From a virus: a stretch of DNA of 48,552 bases. The position numbers and the translations under genes are program-made. The DNA is taken from the UHGV virus genome UHGV-0142349, one strand, 5' to 3'. Under the pieces are notes generated by a model. The model made no database searches. It had not been told where the DNA came from and was given only the letters and a program-made list of their open reading frames with translations. Positions 30,041 through 37,683 of this stretch are shown in pieces (the stretch's first letter is position 1; each line of letters starts with the position of its first letter).

Positions 30041-30574
30041 TCATTCTGGTTGTTCGGGAAACGTTACTGGCAGGCTGGAGGTGTCTGTGGATTCGACTTT
30101 CTGCGCGTAGAGCATCCACTCGGTTAATTTTTGTTTATTCTCGTCGGAAATGATGCCCAGCCGTAGCTGTGAGTCCCATAGCTGGGTTTTATCCCTGACA
30201 AGTTGCAACAGGCTTTGCTTTTCATTCTCTGCCTGCTGCCTCTGTTCCTCCTCGGTATAAGTTCGCTTTATCACTACGCCATCTTTGAACATCCATTTAC
30301 CCGAAATATCAGCCCGGCGATTTGCTGTAATATCAGGTAATTCAACGACGCTTGCGCCTTCTGGATTAATTGCTGAAACATCCTTTTCAATACAAATAAT
30401 AACGCCGTTGTGGTCATAGACCATTTTCAACGTATCAGGCTGAAAGTTCTTTTGTTCCTCATACCAGTTTTCCCCATCCTCTGTATAAAGCCATTTGATG
30501 TTAAATTGTTTCGTTAGCTGGTATTGCTCTTTTGTTTTAGGGTTGCCAGCAGTAATATTTTTTAAGTGCATCAT
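30041..30574 (-). CDS. tail fiber assembly protein (alternative)
   Basis: 177 aa, same N-terminal MMHLKNI.AGN motif as 29485..30012 product. Confidence 0.7.
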   Translation of the reverse strand: MMHLKNITAGNPKTKEQYQLTKQFNIKWLYTEDGENWYEEQKNFQPDTLKMVYDHNGVIICIEKDVSAINPEGASVVELPDITANRRADISGKWMFKDGVVIKRTYTEEEQRQQAENEKQSLLQLVRDKTQLWDSQLRLGIISDENKQKLTEWMLYAQKVESTDTSSLPVTFPEQPE

Positions 30575-30576
30575 AA

Positions 30577-31524
30577 TTAAATACTCCCCGCGTTATACCA
30601 CGTTCCATTAATGCAATACTGAATTGGCCTTGCCTGAGTTGTATCAATTAATTCATCACGGTTTCCGTTAACTGACCCCGTAACGACATAACCTGACCTG
30701 TCAGACCAGCCGGGACCATTCCATGTCTGAACAGATGACAGACCGCCAAGACGAATACCTGTAATAAACCTTGAGTTACATTCTGCCTGCGTATATGCAC
30801 CAACATCTCCCGCTGATGGCTTACGTGTTGTGGTGTAAATTTCTGACCAGTCAGCTTCGAATCCGTAACCATCACGCGCTGAACGATAAAAAATACCGCC
30901 GTTCCTGTAATTCACACGGAACTGTACGGCAGGGCAACTCCCCGTATTCATATTGAAGTGGAGGATTAATGTCGATGCGCCACCAATATTTGCGTTATAG
31001 ACCCCGCTATTCCAGTTCCAGCCAACAGCTTTATCATTTCCGACAGTGCTTCCTGTTTGCCCTAAAGCAAATGCAGGCTGCTGGTTTTTCGTGTTGTAGT
31101 CTCGTCGCCAGCCAGGAGCATAAGCATCACCATGATTAATATAAGTGAATTGAGCGTTAGTGATTCCGCCACCGCTGGAAGTGCTCGGGGTGGTTACACG
31201 GATGGTCATGGCTCCTTTATTACCCATAACCTCAATAACGCAACCTGCAAGATGAATAGTTCCACAGCCAGTATCGGTAATAATTTTATTATTGCCGTAT
31301 GACCATGAACATTTGCACATCCAGTATGGGTGATTGAATGCCCCTTGAGAATCAAGCCATTCAATCAATTGTGCCGTTGTCCAGTTCCCTGCCCCTGTAC
31401 TAATAGCACTGTGAAAAGCACGACATGCACCAATATTTTTTGTGAAGGTATCTTTTCCAGGAATATCTGCGCCGTTCTGGTTTTTCTGTAATGCGCCAGA
31501 AGCCTTGTTTATCGTTTCCTGCAA
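30577..31524 (-). CDS. alternative tail fiber C-terminal segment
   Basis: N-terminus (M)QETINKASG parallels LQETVNKAG at crossover in the expressed fiber; likely continues into the right repeat with no own start. Confidence 0.65.
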   Translation of the reverse strand: MQETINKASGALQKNQNGADIPGKDTFTKNIGACRAFHSAISTGAGNWTTAQLIEWLDSQGAFNHPYWMCKCSWSYGNNKIITDTGCGTIHLAGCVIEVMGNKGAMTIRVTTPSTSSGGGITNAQFTYINHGDAYAPGWRRDYNTKNQQPAFALGQTGSTVGNDKAVGWNWNSGVYNANIGGASTLILHFNMNTGSCPAVQFRVNYRNGGIFYRSARDGYGFEADWSEIYTTTRKPSAGDVGAYTQAECNSRFITGIRLGGLSSVQTWNGPGWSDRSGYVVTGSVNGNRDELIDTTQARPIQYCINGTWYNAGSI

Positions 31525-31533
31525 ACCGAGGTT
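31505..31533. repeat. right inverted repeat (crossover site) of invertible segment
   Basis: CTTGTTTATCGTTTCCTGCAAACCGAGGT. Confidence 0.75.
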
Positions 31534-31605
31534 TTTGCGAATTGCCTCTGTGTCGTCTGAACGATATTTTTTCCCGCTTTTAGCAACAATCGCGGTTTAG
31601 AAAGT

Positions 31606-32160
31606 ATGCAATATGGTTATGCGAGGGTGTCAACTTTTGACCAGAATTTGGAATTACAACTGGAGGCGCTCAGGAGTTCAGGATGTGACCGGATTTTTGA
31701 AGATAAAATATCCGGTGCTAAATCAAAACGACCAGGGCTTGATAAGCTACTGAAGGTGTTACGGCCGGGCGATACGGTTATTGTCTGGAAGCTGGATCGA
31801 ATGGGGCGTTCTCTGATTCATCTTGTTGATTTACTTAACCATTTTTTATCAAACAACATTGAGTTTATTTCGATTACGGAAGGGATAAAAATTAGCACTT
31901 CAATTGGCCGCTTTGCCTACACGATGCTGAGTGCAGTCGCAGAGATGGAGCGGGAAAATATGATTGAAAGAACGCGTGCAGGATTGGCGGTGGCAAGGGC
32001 TAATGGCAGGATAGGAGGACGCCGCTCAAAATTGGCCCCAGAGCAATGGGAACAGATCGGAAGGCTTATTGCGAATGGTGTTTCACGTAAGCGGATAGCG
32101 ATTATCTTCGATGTTACCTTATCCACGCTTTACCGCAGGTTTCCGGCTGGGAATCATTGA
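31606..32160 (+). CDS. serine recombinase, DNA invertase (Gin/Hin/Pin/Cin family)
   Basis: N-terminal YARVSTFDQNLELQ with catalytic Ser; small size with C-terminal HTH; adjacent to invertible segment. Confidence 0.85.
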   Translation: MQYGYARVSTFDQNLELQLEALRSSGCDRIFEDKISGAKSKRPGLDKLLKVLRPGDTVIVWKLDRMGRSLIHLVDLLNHFLSNNIEFISITEGIKISTSIGRFAYTMLSAVAEMERENMIERTRAGLAVARANGRIGGRRSKLAPEQWEQIGRLIANGVSRKRIAIIFDVTLSTLYRRFPAGNH

Positions 32161-32341
32161 CTGGAGTTAGGCCAGTAGTATGATGCTCGCAAAACGAGAT
32201 CCAATTTAGATCCTTTTACTGGTGGATTATCGTTCGATCAGTGAGAGACTTCGTGCATGACCGAAAGTGTTGTGGTAGAGTTCTCTTAAAACCACGTAAC
32301 GTGGTTATGATTGTGGGTGTCTGGTTGGAAAGCGACCAGAT

Positions 32342-33319
32342 ATGGAAACAAAAAGCCCGCAGATAAATCTGCGGGCTTCTTGCGACATCCACGGAAAACC
32401 AACAATTAACCATGGGCGCCTCGACAACTCCCATTATACGTTGGTTTTCCGTGGACGCAAGAGCGAACATATGGATAGACCAATGCCGTCTCTACGTTCA
32501 GCTTACGTTTGTAATTTGTCGCCGGAGTTCCAGCCTCCAAAGCACCATACGCACAAGCTGCCGCTGGTGTTATCTGATGCTTTACAGCGCATTAATGGTC
32601 GTGATCTTACGTGTGAGGTTGCGTTCTACGTTAATCAACCGTCAGAGCGGAAACGCCGGATAAACGAGCATCGTCGTCGGGCGATTAATGCTGTGATTGC
32701 TGCGATTTTGCACCATGTAAACATCATTTCTAAGCGGGTTCTGGCCAGTGCTGAGGCGTTGGCTGATTTTTGCGGTCTGTCTACCGTATCCGAAGCTGGG
32801 AACAAGTCTATAACGCGCTGTACAAGGGCGTTGTCGCAACTGAAAGCGTTAGGTTTTATTGATTATGAACGTCGCTGGGATCGGGTGAATAAACAGTATT
32901 GGCCAGCGAAAATAGAGATTCGTGATCAACTGCTGGAAACCGTTGGTATTACTGAACAAGCATGGAGACGTGCGGTTAGCCAGAAACTTAATTACTTCAA
33001 TGCGAAGAATAGCGAACGGCTTAAAAAAGCGATAACGGAGGCTGATTATAAGCGTATTGTTATTCAGGAGCAGATGGAGAATGTATGGCGTCAGAGGAAG
33101 ACGGCCAGAGAGATAAAGGCAAAACAGAAAGCAGCGGAGAGAGCTGCGCGTCTTGTTCGGGAAAAGGGAGAGGCCGAACTTCGTCATCAAATCACTAGAG
33201 AGGTTAGCCAGGAATTTGCTGATGGCATGTATCCTGGAGCTGACCTTGCATATTTACGATCCCTCGTTGAGCAGCGTTATAACAGGTTAAGAAAGACTTG
33301 GAAATCACTCCAACATTAA
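32342..33319 (+). CDS. repA: plasmid replication initiator RepA (IncFII RepA1-like)
   Basis: Segment SITRCTRALSQLKALGFIDYE resembles IncFII RepA1; basic C-terminus; real start may be internal ATG 32471 downstream of leader stem-loops. Confidence 0.65.
   Translation: METKSPQINLRASCDIHGKPTINHGRLDNSHYTLVFRGRKSEHMDRPMPSLRSAYVCNLSPEFQPPKHHTHKLPLVLSDALQRINGRDLTCEVAFYVNQPSERKRRINEHRRRAINAVIAAILHHVNIISKRVLASAEALADFCGLSTVSEAGNKSITRCTRALSQLKALGFIDYERRWDRVNKQYWPAKIEIRDQLLETVGITEQAWRRAVSQKLNYFNAKNSERLKKAITEADYKRIVIQEQMENVWRQRKTAREIKAKQKAAERAARLVREKGEAELRHQITREVSQEFADGMYPGADLAYLRSLVEQRYNRLRKTWKSLQH
32346..32455 (-). ncRNA. putative CopA-like antisense RNA in repA leader
   Basis: On minus strand: 15-bp-stem hairpin (32389..32454) then hairpin 32355..32376 followed by TTTTTGTTT. 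Confidence 0.35.
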
Positions 33320-33439
33320 CCCACCTGAATGATGAATCCGGTTTTACCGGAGGATTATCTACGTCGCAATAAAATATCTGTTCAAAAAACAATCTAAATT
33401 AATTTTCTCTAAACCTGAACACAGCAAAAATATCGCCTT

Positions 33440-33600
33440 TACAGGCATCGGCTAATAAAGTTATCCACAGTTTTGATATGTATATGCAAATGGTTTTTTA
33501 TAATAGATGCACTAAACAAATAAATGCAAAATCACTTTCTTTTATTAAGACTTTCTTTATTTAACTTACGCAGGCTTTGCCTGTGAATATGTTCGCCCTT
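33440..33600. promoter_or_regulatory. putative replication origin (DnaA box TTATCCACA at 33461..33469 plus AT-rich tract)
   Basis: Perfect DnaA box about 140 bp downstream of repA stop, then about 120 bp AT-rich DNA. Confidence 0.5.
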
Positions 33601-33950
33601 GCAGCGAGCTAAAGCTCGCGCCGGTTCGAGTCGCTACGCTCAAATATACCTCCTCCGGCACTTGCCGGAGGCATGGAGCAGCCTGATCATCCTTTTCGAA
33701 ACGGCGCGTTTCGAACTATACAAAATCAATTTATATAAGGCCGAAATAAGGCCTACGGCCGGGCTTTGCAGGAGGAAGGGGCGAGCCTTATCAATAAACG
33801 TCGATAAATACGCACACAGTAGCCATCAGAACGCGATAAAACGTAAGAAACATCATGTCCTATTAGACATAGAAAACTTGTCTTATACGCAATGTAGTAA
33901 ATTTCTATTGCCACATAGGAAAAGATTTCCTACCATCGTAGATATAATAA

Positions 33951-34250
33951 ATGGAGATGGTTATGGATAAAGATACTGTTTTAAAAATGTTGAATCCGGC
34001 TTGTTTAAAAAAAGCGGATGAATGGGAATCTCCTACATGTGGAGAAGTTCGGGCAGTCATTGGCCTGACCGGAATGAGCGGCTCGCAGTTGGCCAAAAAA
34101 CTAGGCTTAAAAGATAGTCGCAATGTTCGCAACTGGCAGATGTTAAAGGAGTCCACATCCAGATCCAGCATTCCGTATGCAGCCTGGGCGCTGCTGTGTT
34201 ACTTCGCTGGGTTAGGGTTAATCTTCATTGATAACAAAACAGATGTTTGA
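33951..34250 (+). CDS. hypothetical HTH-containing protein
   Basis: 99 aa; GLTGMSGSQLAKKLGL resembles an HTH. Confidence 0.35.
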   Translation: MEMVMDKDTVLKMLNPACLKKADEWESPTCGEVRAVIGLTGMSGSQLAKKLGLKDSRNVRNWQMLKESTSRSSIPYAAWALLCYFAGLGLIFIDNKTDV

Positions 34251-34537
34251 AACATGCAAATATGAGGTTTGTTATGGAACTTGTACGCAAAACACGCAAA
34301 GAGTTCTTGGACCTGTATCGCATGGGAGCTTTCACTTGTGTTGTGGCTACCCAGGACGAAGTGACAAAAAGCTGGCGGCTTTTTGCTCTCAATAAAAAAG
34401 GGATTGCCGTTTTCATTGAAAAAGCCCGTGGTGGTATCCGCGAATGGGCGGGATTGAATTATGTGGCTGATTTTTGCGCAGCTATGGGGATTCGTCGCTG
34501 GGAAGTCCATATGCCAGGAGTAAAGTCACAAAAATAG
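34247..34537 (+). CDS. hypothetical protein
   Basis: 96 aa ORF overlapping stop of previous gene. Confidence 0.35.
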   Translation: MKHANMRFVMELVRKTRKEFLDLYRMGAFTCVVATQDEVTKSWRLFALNKKGIAVFIEKARGGIREWAGLNYVADFCAAMGIRRWEVHMPGVKSQK

Positions 34538-34781
34538 GGCTTTCGCGTCGAAAATGAGGCGAAACTGAAAACGAGATTTCATTAACAAATAAGCAACATA
34601 AAAAACGGTGGAAAACGCCCAGGAAAACATGATCTTTTGAGCGGATTTTTTAGATCCGACAATGAACGGTGATCCGGTGGTGCCGATAACGTCCATTATG
34701 TTAAATAGCCCCGTTTTTCTTGAAATTATAACTCACAGGTTATATAGTTAGTGATATAAACTACAGGTTATAGGATTGAGC

Positions 34782-35129
34782 ATGTGGACGGTACTTTTTA
34801 GCCAGCGATTTGACGACTGGCTAAATGAGCAAGAAGACGCTCTTCAGGAAAAGGTTTTGGCTGATTTGAAAAAGCTACAGGTTTACGGACCTGAGTTACC
34901 TAGGCCATATGCCGATACCGTAAAAGGTTCTCGGTACAAAAATATGAAAGAGCTTCGCGTTCAGTTTTCTGGCCGTCCGATAAGAGCCTTTTATGCGTTC
35001 GATCCGATTCGCCGGGCCATCGTTCTTTGTGCAGGAGACAAAAGTAACGATAAGCGGTTTTATGAAAAACTGGTGCGTATAGCTGAGGATGAGTTTGCAG
35101 CACATCTGAACACACTGGAGAGCAAGTAA
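34782..35129 (+). CDS. type II toxin, RelE/ParE superfamily (HigB/Gp49-like)
   Basis: Gp49-like pattern (ELR..., RAFYAFDPIRRAIVLCAGDK..RFY); precedes and overlaps an XRE-HTH gene; start at ATG 34782 (track uses TTG 34776). Confidence 0.65.
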   Translation: MWTVLFSQRFDDWLNEQEDALQEKVLADLKKLQVYGPELPRPYADTVKGSRYKNMKELRVQFSGRPIRAFYAFDPIRRAIVLCAGDKSNDKRFYEKLVRIAEDEFAAHLNTLESK

Positions 35130-35428
35130 TGAGAACATTAGATGAGGCGATTGCCAGCCGTTCACCGGAAAGCCAGGCGCGAATTAAAGAAATGGCAGAT
35201 GAGATGATTCTTGAGGTCGGCTTGCAGATGATGCGTGAAGAACTCCAGTTATCACAAAAACAGGTTGCTGAGGCGATGGGTATAAGCCAGCCAGCAGTAA
35301 CAAAGCTGGAGCAGCGCGGAAATGATTTAAAGCTGGCGACATTAAAGCGTTACGTTGAAGCTATGGGAGGCAAATTAAGCCTGGATGTTGAGCTTCCCAC
35401 AGGAAAACGAATAGCGTTTAACATCTGA
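35129..35428 (+). CDS. XRE-family HTH antitoxin (HigA-like)
   Basis: HTH LSQKQVAEAMGISQPAVTKLE; start overlaps toxin stop (TAATG). Confidence 0.65.
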   Translation: MRTLDEAIASRSPESQARIKEMADEMILEVGLQMMREELQLSQKQVAEAMGISQPAVTKLEQRGNDLKLATLKRYVEAMGGKLSLDVELPTGKRIAFNI

Positions 35429-35443
35429 TCAGAACGAATGATA

Positions 35444-35470
35444 AGCCCCTGTTGCAAAGGGGCTTTTTTG
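35444..35470 (+). terminator. rho-independent terminator
   Basis: agcccct-gttgcaa-aggggct then TTTTTT. Confidence 0.6.
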
Positions 35471-35478
35471 TGCTCACA

Positions 35479-35591
35479 GAATTATATAATTATAGATTTA
35501 TATAAAAAGTGCTTTACATGTGGGAAAAAATTTCCTAAGGTTATACCCGAAACCGAGCGATACCCGCCCTGGTTAAACCGGAGATAACCCG
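35479..35591 (+). promoter_or_regulatory. promoter-leader cassette copy B
   Basis: Near-identical to copies at 3407 and 45065; -35 TTTACA, -10 TAAGGT, conserved leader with GGAGA SD. Confidence 0.6.
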
Positions 35592-35972
35592 ATGAGCATG
35601 ATTAAAATCCGCAAAAACGCTTTCCTTAAAATTCAAACTATCCTGGCTGGTTCTGTTGGCGTGATTTGCCGTTCTTCCTCAAGCCGCATCGATGACTGCT
35701 ACGATGATGAGTATCGTGTGTCCTCATGCGATGAGGCTTTAACCTGGCTGAAGGAGAATCAGGAACGTGCCCAGGTATATCTGGAAACAGAGAACGGCAA
35801 TCAGATGCTGCGTATTAGCGGTCGTTATGGATTTGAAACTACATTCATGGCCTATTTTAATCAGGCTTACTTTGACAAGGAGTTGGCCTGGTACACTGAT
35901 CGCATGAGCAAAAGCGAGCCAGCCCCGATTACACCGCCGAACAATAAACCATTTTTATTCCTCGTTAAGTAA
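35592..35972 (+). CDS. hypothetical protein (cassette-driven)
   Basis: 126 aa ORF. Confidence 0.5.
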   Translation: MSMIKIRKNAFLKIQTILAGSVGVICRSSSSRIDDCYDDEYRVSSCDEALTWLKENQERAQVYLETENGNQMLRISGRYGFETTFMAYFNQAYFDKELAWYTDRMSKSEPAPITPPNNKPFLFLVK

Positions 35973-35979
35973 ACACAAT

Positions 35980-36008
35980 GCGCAAAGTGTCATTTTGACA
36001 CTTTGCGC
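35980..36008. repeat. perfect palindrome (13-bp arms, 3-bp spacer) GCGCAAAGTGTCA-TTT-TGACACTTTGCGC
   Basis: Seen directly; AAAGTGTCATTTTGA half also at 45010..45024. Confidence 0.6.
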
Positions 36009-36075
36009 GTGTTAATATAGGGGGCGTTTGAAGATAGATAACTTATTGTGGGGCAAGCCGATAACTTACATTGGG

Positions 36076-36501
36076 TTAGCTTGAATAGGTAGTTGGTATT
36101 TTGAGCATATGGCCAATCTCTTCGAGATGCTTAGATGGATTCTCCCCAGTCTTACCTTCATGTATTGACGCTATATAGTTCAAATTTTGAGCTGCCCCAA
36201 GAATCTCGGTGTCTGATGGAACAAGACGAAAGCCGATATGTAACTTTTTGATATAGAAAGGTAAAGTGGAATATTTCGCCATTAACTGTGCTGCGGAATC
36301 TTTTAGATCATGAATGATTTCTGGCTTTAAGTTCGAGCCAGGATTCACTATTTTTGCTTGGTTACACAATAACAGATTGGATATTTTCCCTAGTTGTTCC
36401 CTGAATGAAATGTAAGGCTCAATAGCTCCTTTGACGATGAGTTGGCCTAGAACAAAAACACTTACACCAGTGACCACGGTGACAAAAGCAGATGAACTCA
36501 T
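36076..36501 (-). CDS. hypothetical membrane-anchored protein
   Basis: 141 aa, N-terminal TMD; region looks AT-richer than flanks; divergent from HTH gene. Confidence 0.45.
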   Translation of the reverse strand: MSSSAFVTVVTGVSVFVLGQLIVKGAIEPYISFREQLGKISNLLLCNQAKIVNPGSNLKPEIIHDLKDSAAQLMAKYSTLPFYIKKLHIGFRLVPSDTEILGAAQNLNYIASIHEGKTGENPSKHLEEIGHMLKIPTTYSS

Positions 36502-36602
36502 TTTTTACCTAAAGCCTAAAGATTGGATTGTTAATACATCTTATTTTGTCGTGAGTGGCTATGTCTAATTTATTGAATATCTAGGGAAAGGTAGAGGATG
36601 TA

Positions 36603-36875
36603 ATGACGGGTTACGAATTGAAATTATGGCGTCGTGGGATGAACTGGACGCAGGAGCGAGCCGCCGAAGAGTTTGGGATATCGTTGGCTACATATAAGCG
36701 ATATGAGAAGGGGGTGCCGCCGAGGGTCATGGAGATGGCCATTCGCGTTCTGTCGTTTGACGATATGGTTAAGGATCTTTCACACCTTGATAAAGATGCG
36801 ATTCTGTTAAGGCTGCAAACCCTTGTATGGGAAAAGGTTAAAGTGTCGGCAGAATTGGAACAAGGGATCAAATGA
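36603..36875 (+). CDS. HTH (XRE-like) DNA-binding protein
   Basis: 90 aa; WTQERAAEEFGISLATYKRYEKG resembles an HTH. Confidence 0.45.
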   Translation: MTGYELKLWRRGMNWTQERAAEEFGISLATYKRYEKGVPPRVMEMAIRVLSFDDMVKDLSHLDKDAILLRLQTLVWEKVKVSAELEQGIK

Positions 36876-36923
36876 TCCTTTACGGATCGTTTTATGGTGG
36901 TGTAATGTAAGCGCCAGAAAGAC

Positions 36924-36948
36924 AAAAACCGCCTTGCCGGGCGGTTTT
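36924..36948. terminator. bidirectional rho-independent terminator
   Basis: aaaaccgcc-ttgccg-ggcggtttt (A-run before, T-run after). Confidence 0.55.
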
Positions 36949-37484
36949 CAGTCTGAAATTTAAATCTTGCTTGGTAGGCTGGATTTAAAAAGACACCTCT
37001 TGATTGGGGCGGCTTTCTTGCGTCTAAAGATAATCAAATCTTTTTGCGCCTGCAACCCCTTTTTTACTGGTGCTCATTTCAGACTCACGCTCGCGTCGTT
37101 GTCTTTGCCACTTCGTTGGGTTCGGTGTTTTTGGGCGAAGTGGCGCGCGGGTATGCGTACAAGGGGAAAGTGTGCTGACGCAAGCTAGGAACAGCGATCT
37201 AAACTAAGTCGAGTCTGAGAAAGGCAGGAGTGCGACAACTCGCCTGTGCTCTATGAGCAGAAGAAGGTATATCAGACGACCAATGGCATGATTGTGGGCC
37301 ACAGGGCGCACACGGCGGCGAAGCATTGGAAACGATGTGGAGCTATCTGGTGGCATGAGTTCCGGTACTCGATCTCGAGCTTTTTTGATGCTTTTGAGAA
37401 GGGGCCGGAACTCCGGTAAAGGGCACCCTGTATGGGGGGAGGGGGGGTTGTGTCTGAAGGGTGGTTATCGGTTATGGTGGAATT

Positions 37485-37673
37485 ATGATGCGTAGAAAAG
37501 CGAGTTTGCTGCAAGCTATTGGGTCCATTATTTCTTTGTTTCCGGCAGTTGATCATTTTCGTCATATGGCGACACGTTCCAGTATGGAGTTGGCGCGTGA
37601 CGCTGACGCTATTCGAAAGGATTTTCAGAAAGTCTCTGGTGTTGATAAGAGAGAAAAGAGTAAGGGGCCGTAG
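37485..37673 (+). CDS. possible small protein (62 aa), low confidence
   Basis: ATG 37485 with GGTGGA upstream; ends before hairpin 37661..37676. Confidence 0.25.
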   Translation: MMRRKASLLQAIGSIISLFPAVDHFRHMATRSSMELARDADAIRKDFQKVSGVDKREKSKGP

Positions 37674-37683
37674 CCCCTTGTAG

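Larger units (their letters stand above)
28462..31533. mobile_element. invertible DNA segment (Mu G / P1 C-segment-like tail fiber switch)
   Basis: About 3.07 kb bounded by 29-bp inverted repeats; holds fiber C-terminus plus assembly gene in both orientations; invertase gene adjacent. Confidence 0.75.

Noticed and set aside
31606-32160. Serine recombinase as a prophage integrase
   Set aside because: At 184 aa it is resolvase/invertase-sized, lacks the large C-terminal domain of serine integrases, and sits beside an inverted-repeat-bounded fiber segment.
32216-32470. 84-aa minus-strand ORF upstream of repA
   Set aside because: Overlaps the predicted CopA-like antisense RNA and leader stem-loops; the frame more likely reflects RNA-structure-constrained sequence.
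37435-37449. G6AG7 tract as a G-quadruplex element
   Set aside because: Only two long G-runs are present; the four separated tracts needed for a canonical quadruplex are not evident, so it is only reported as unusual composition.
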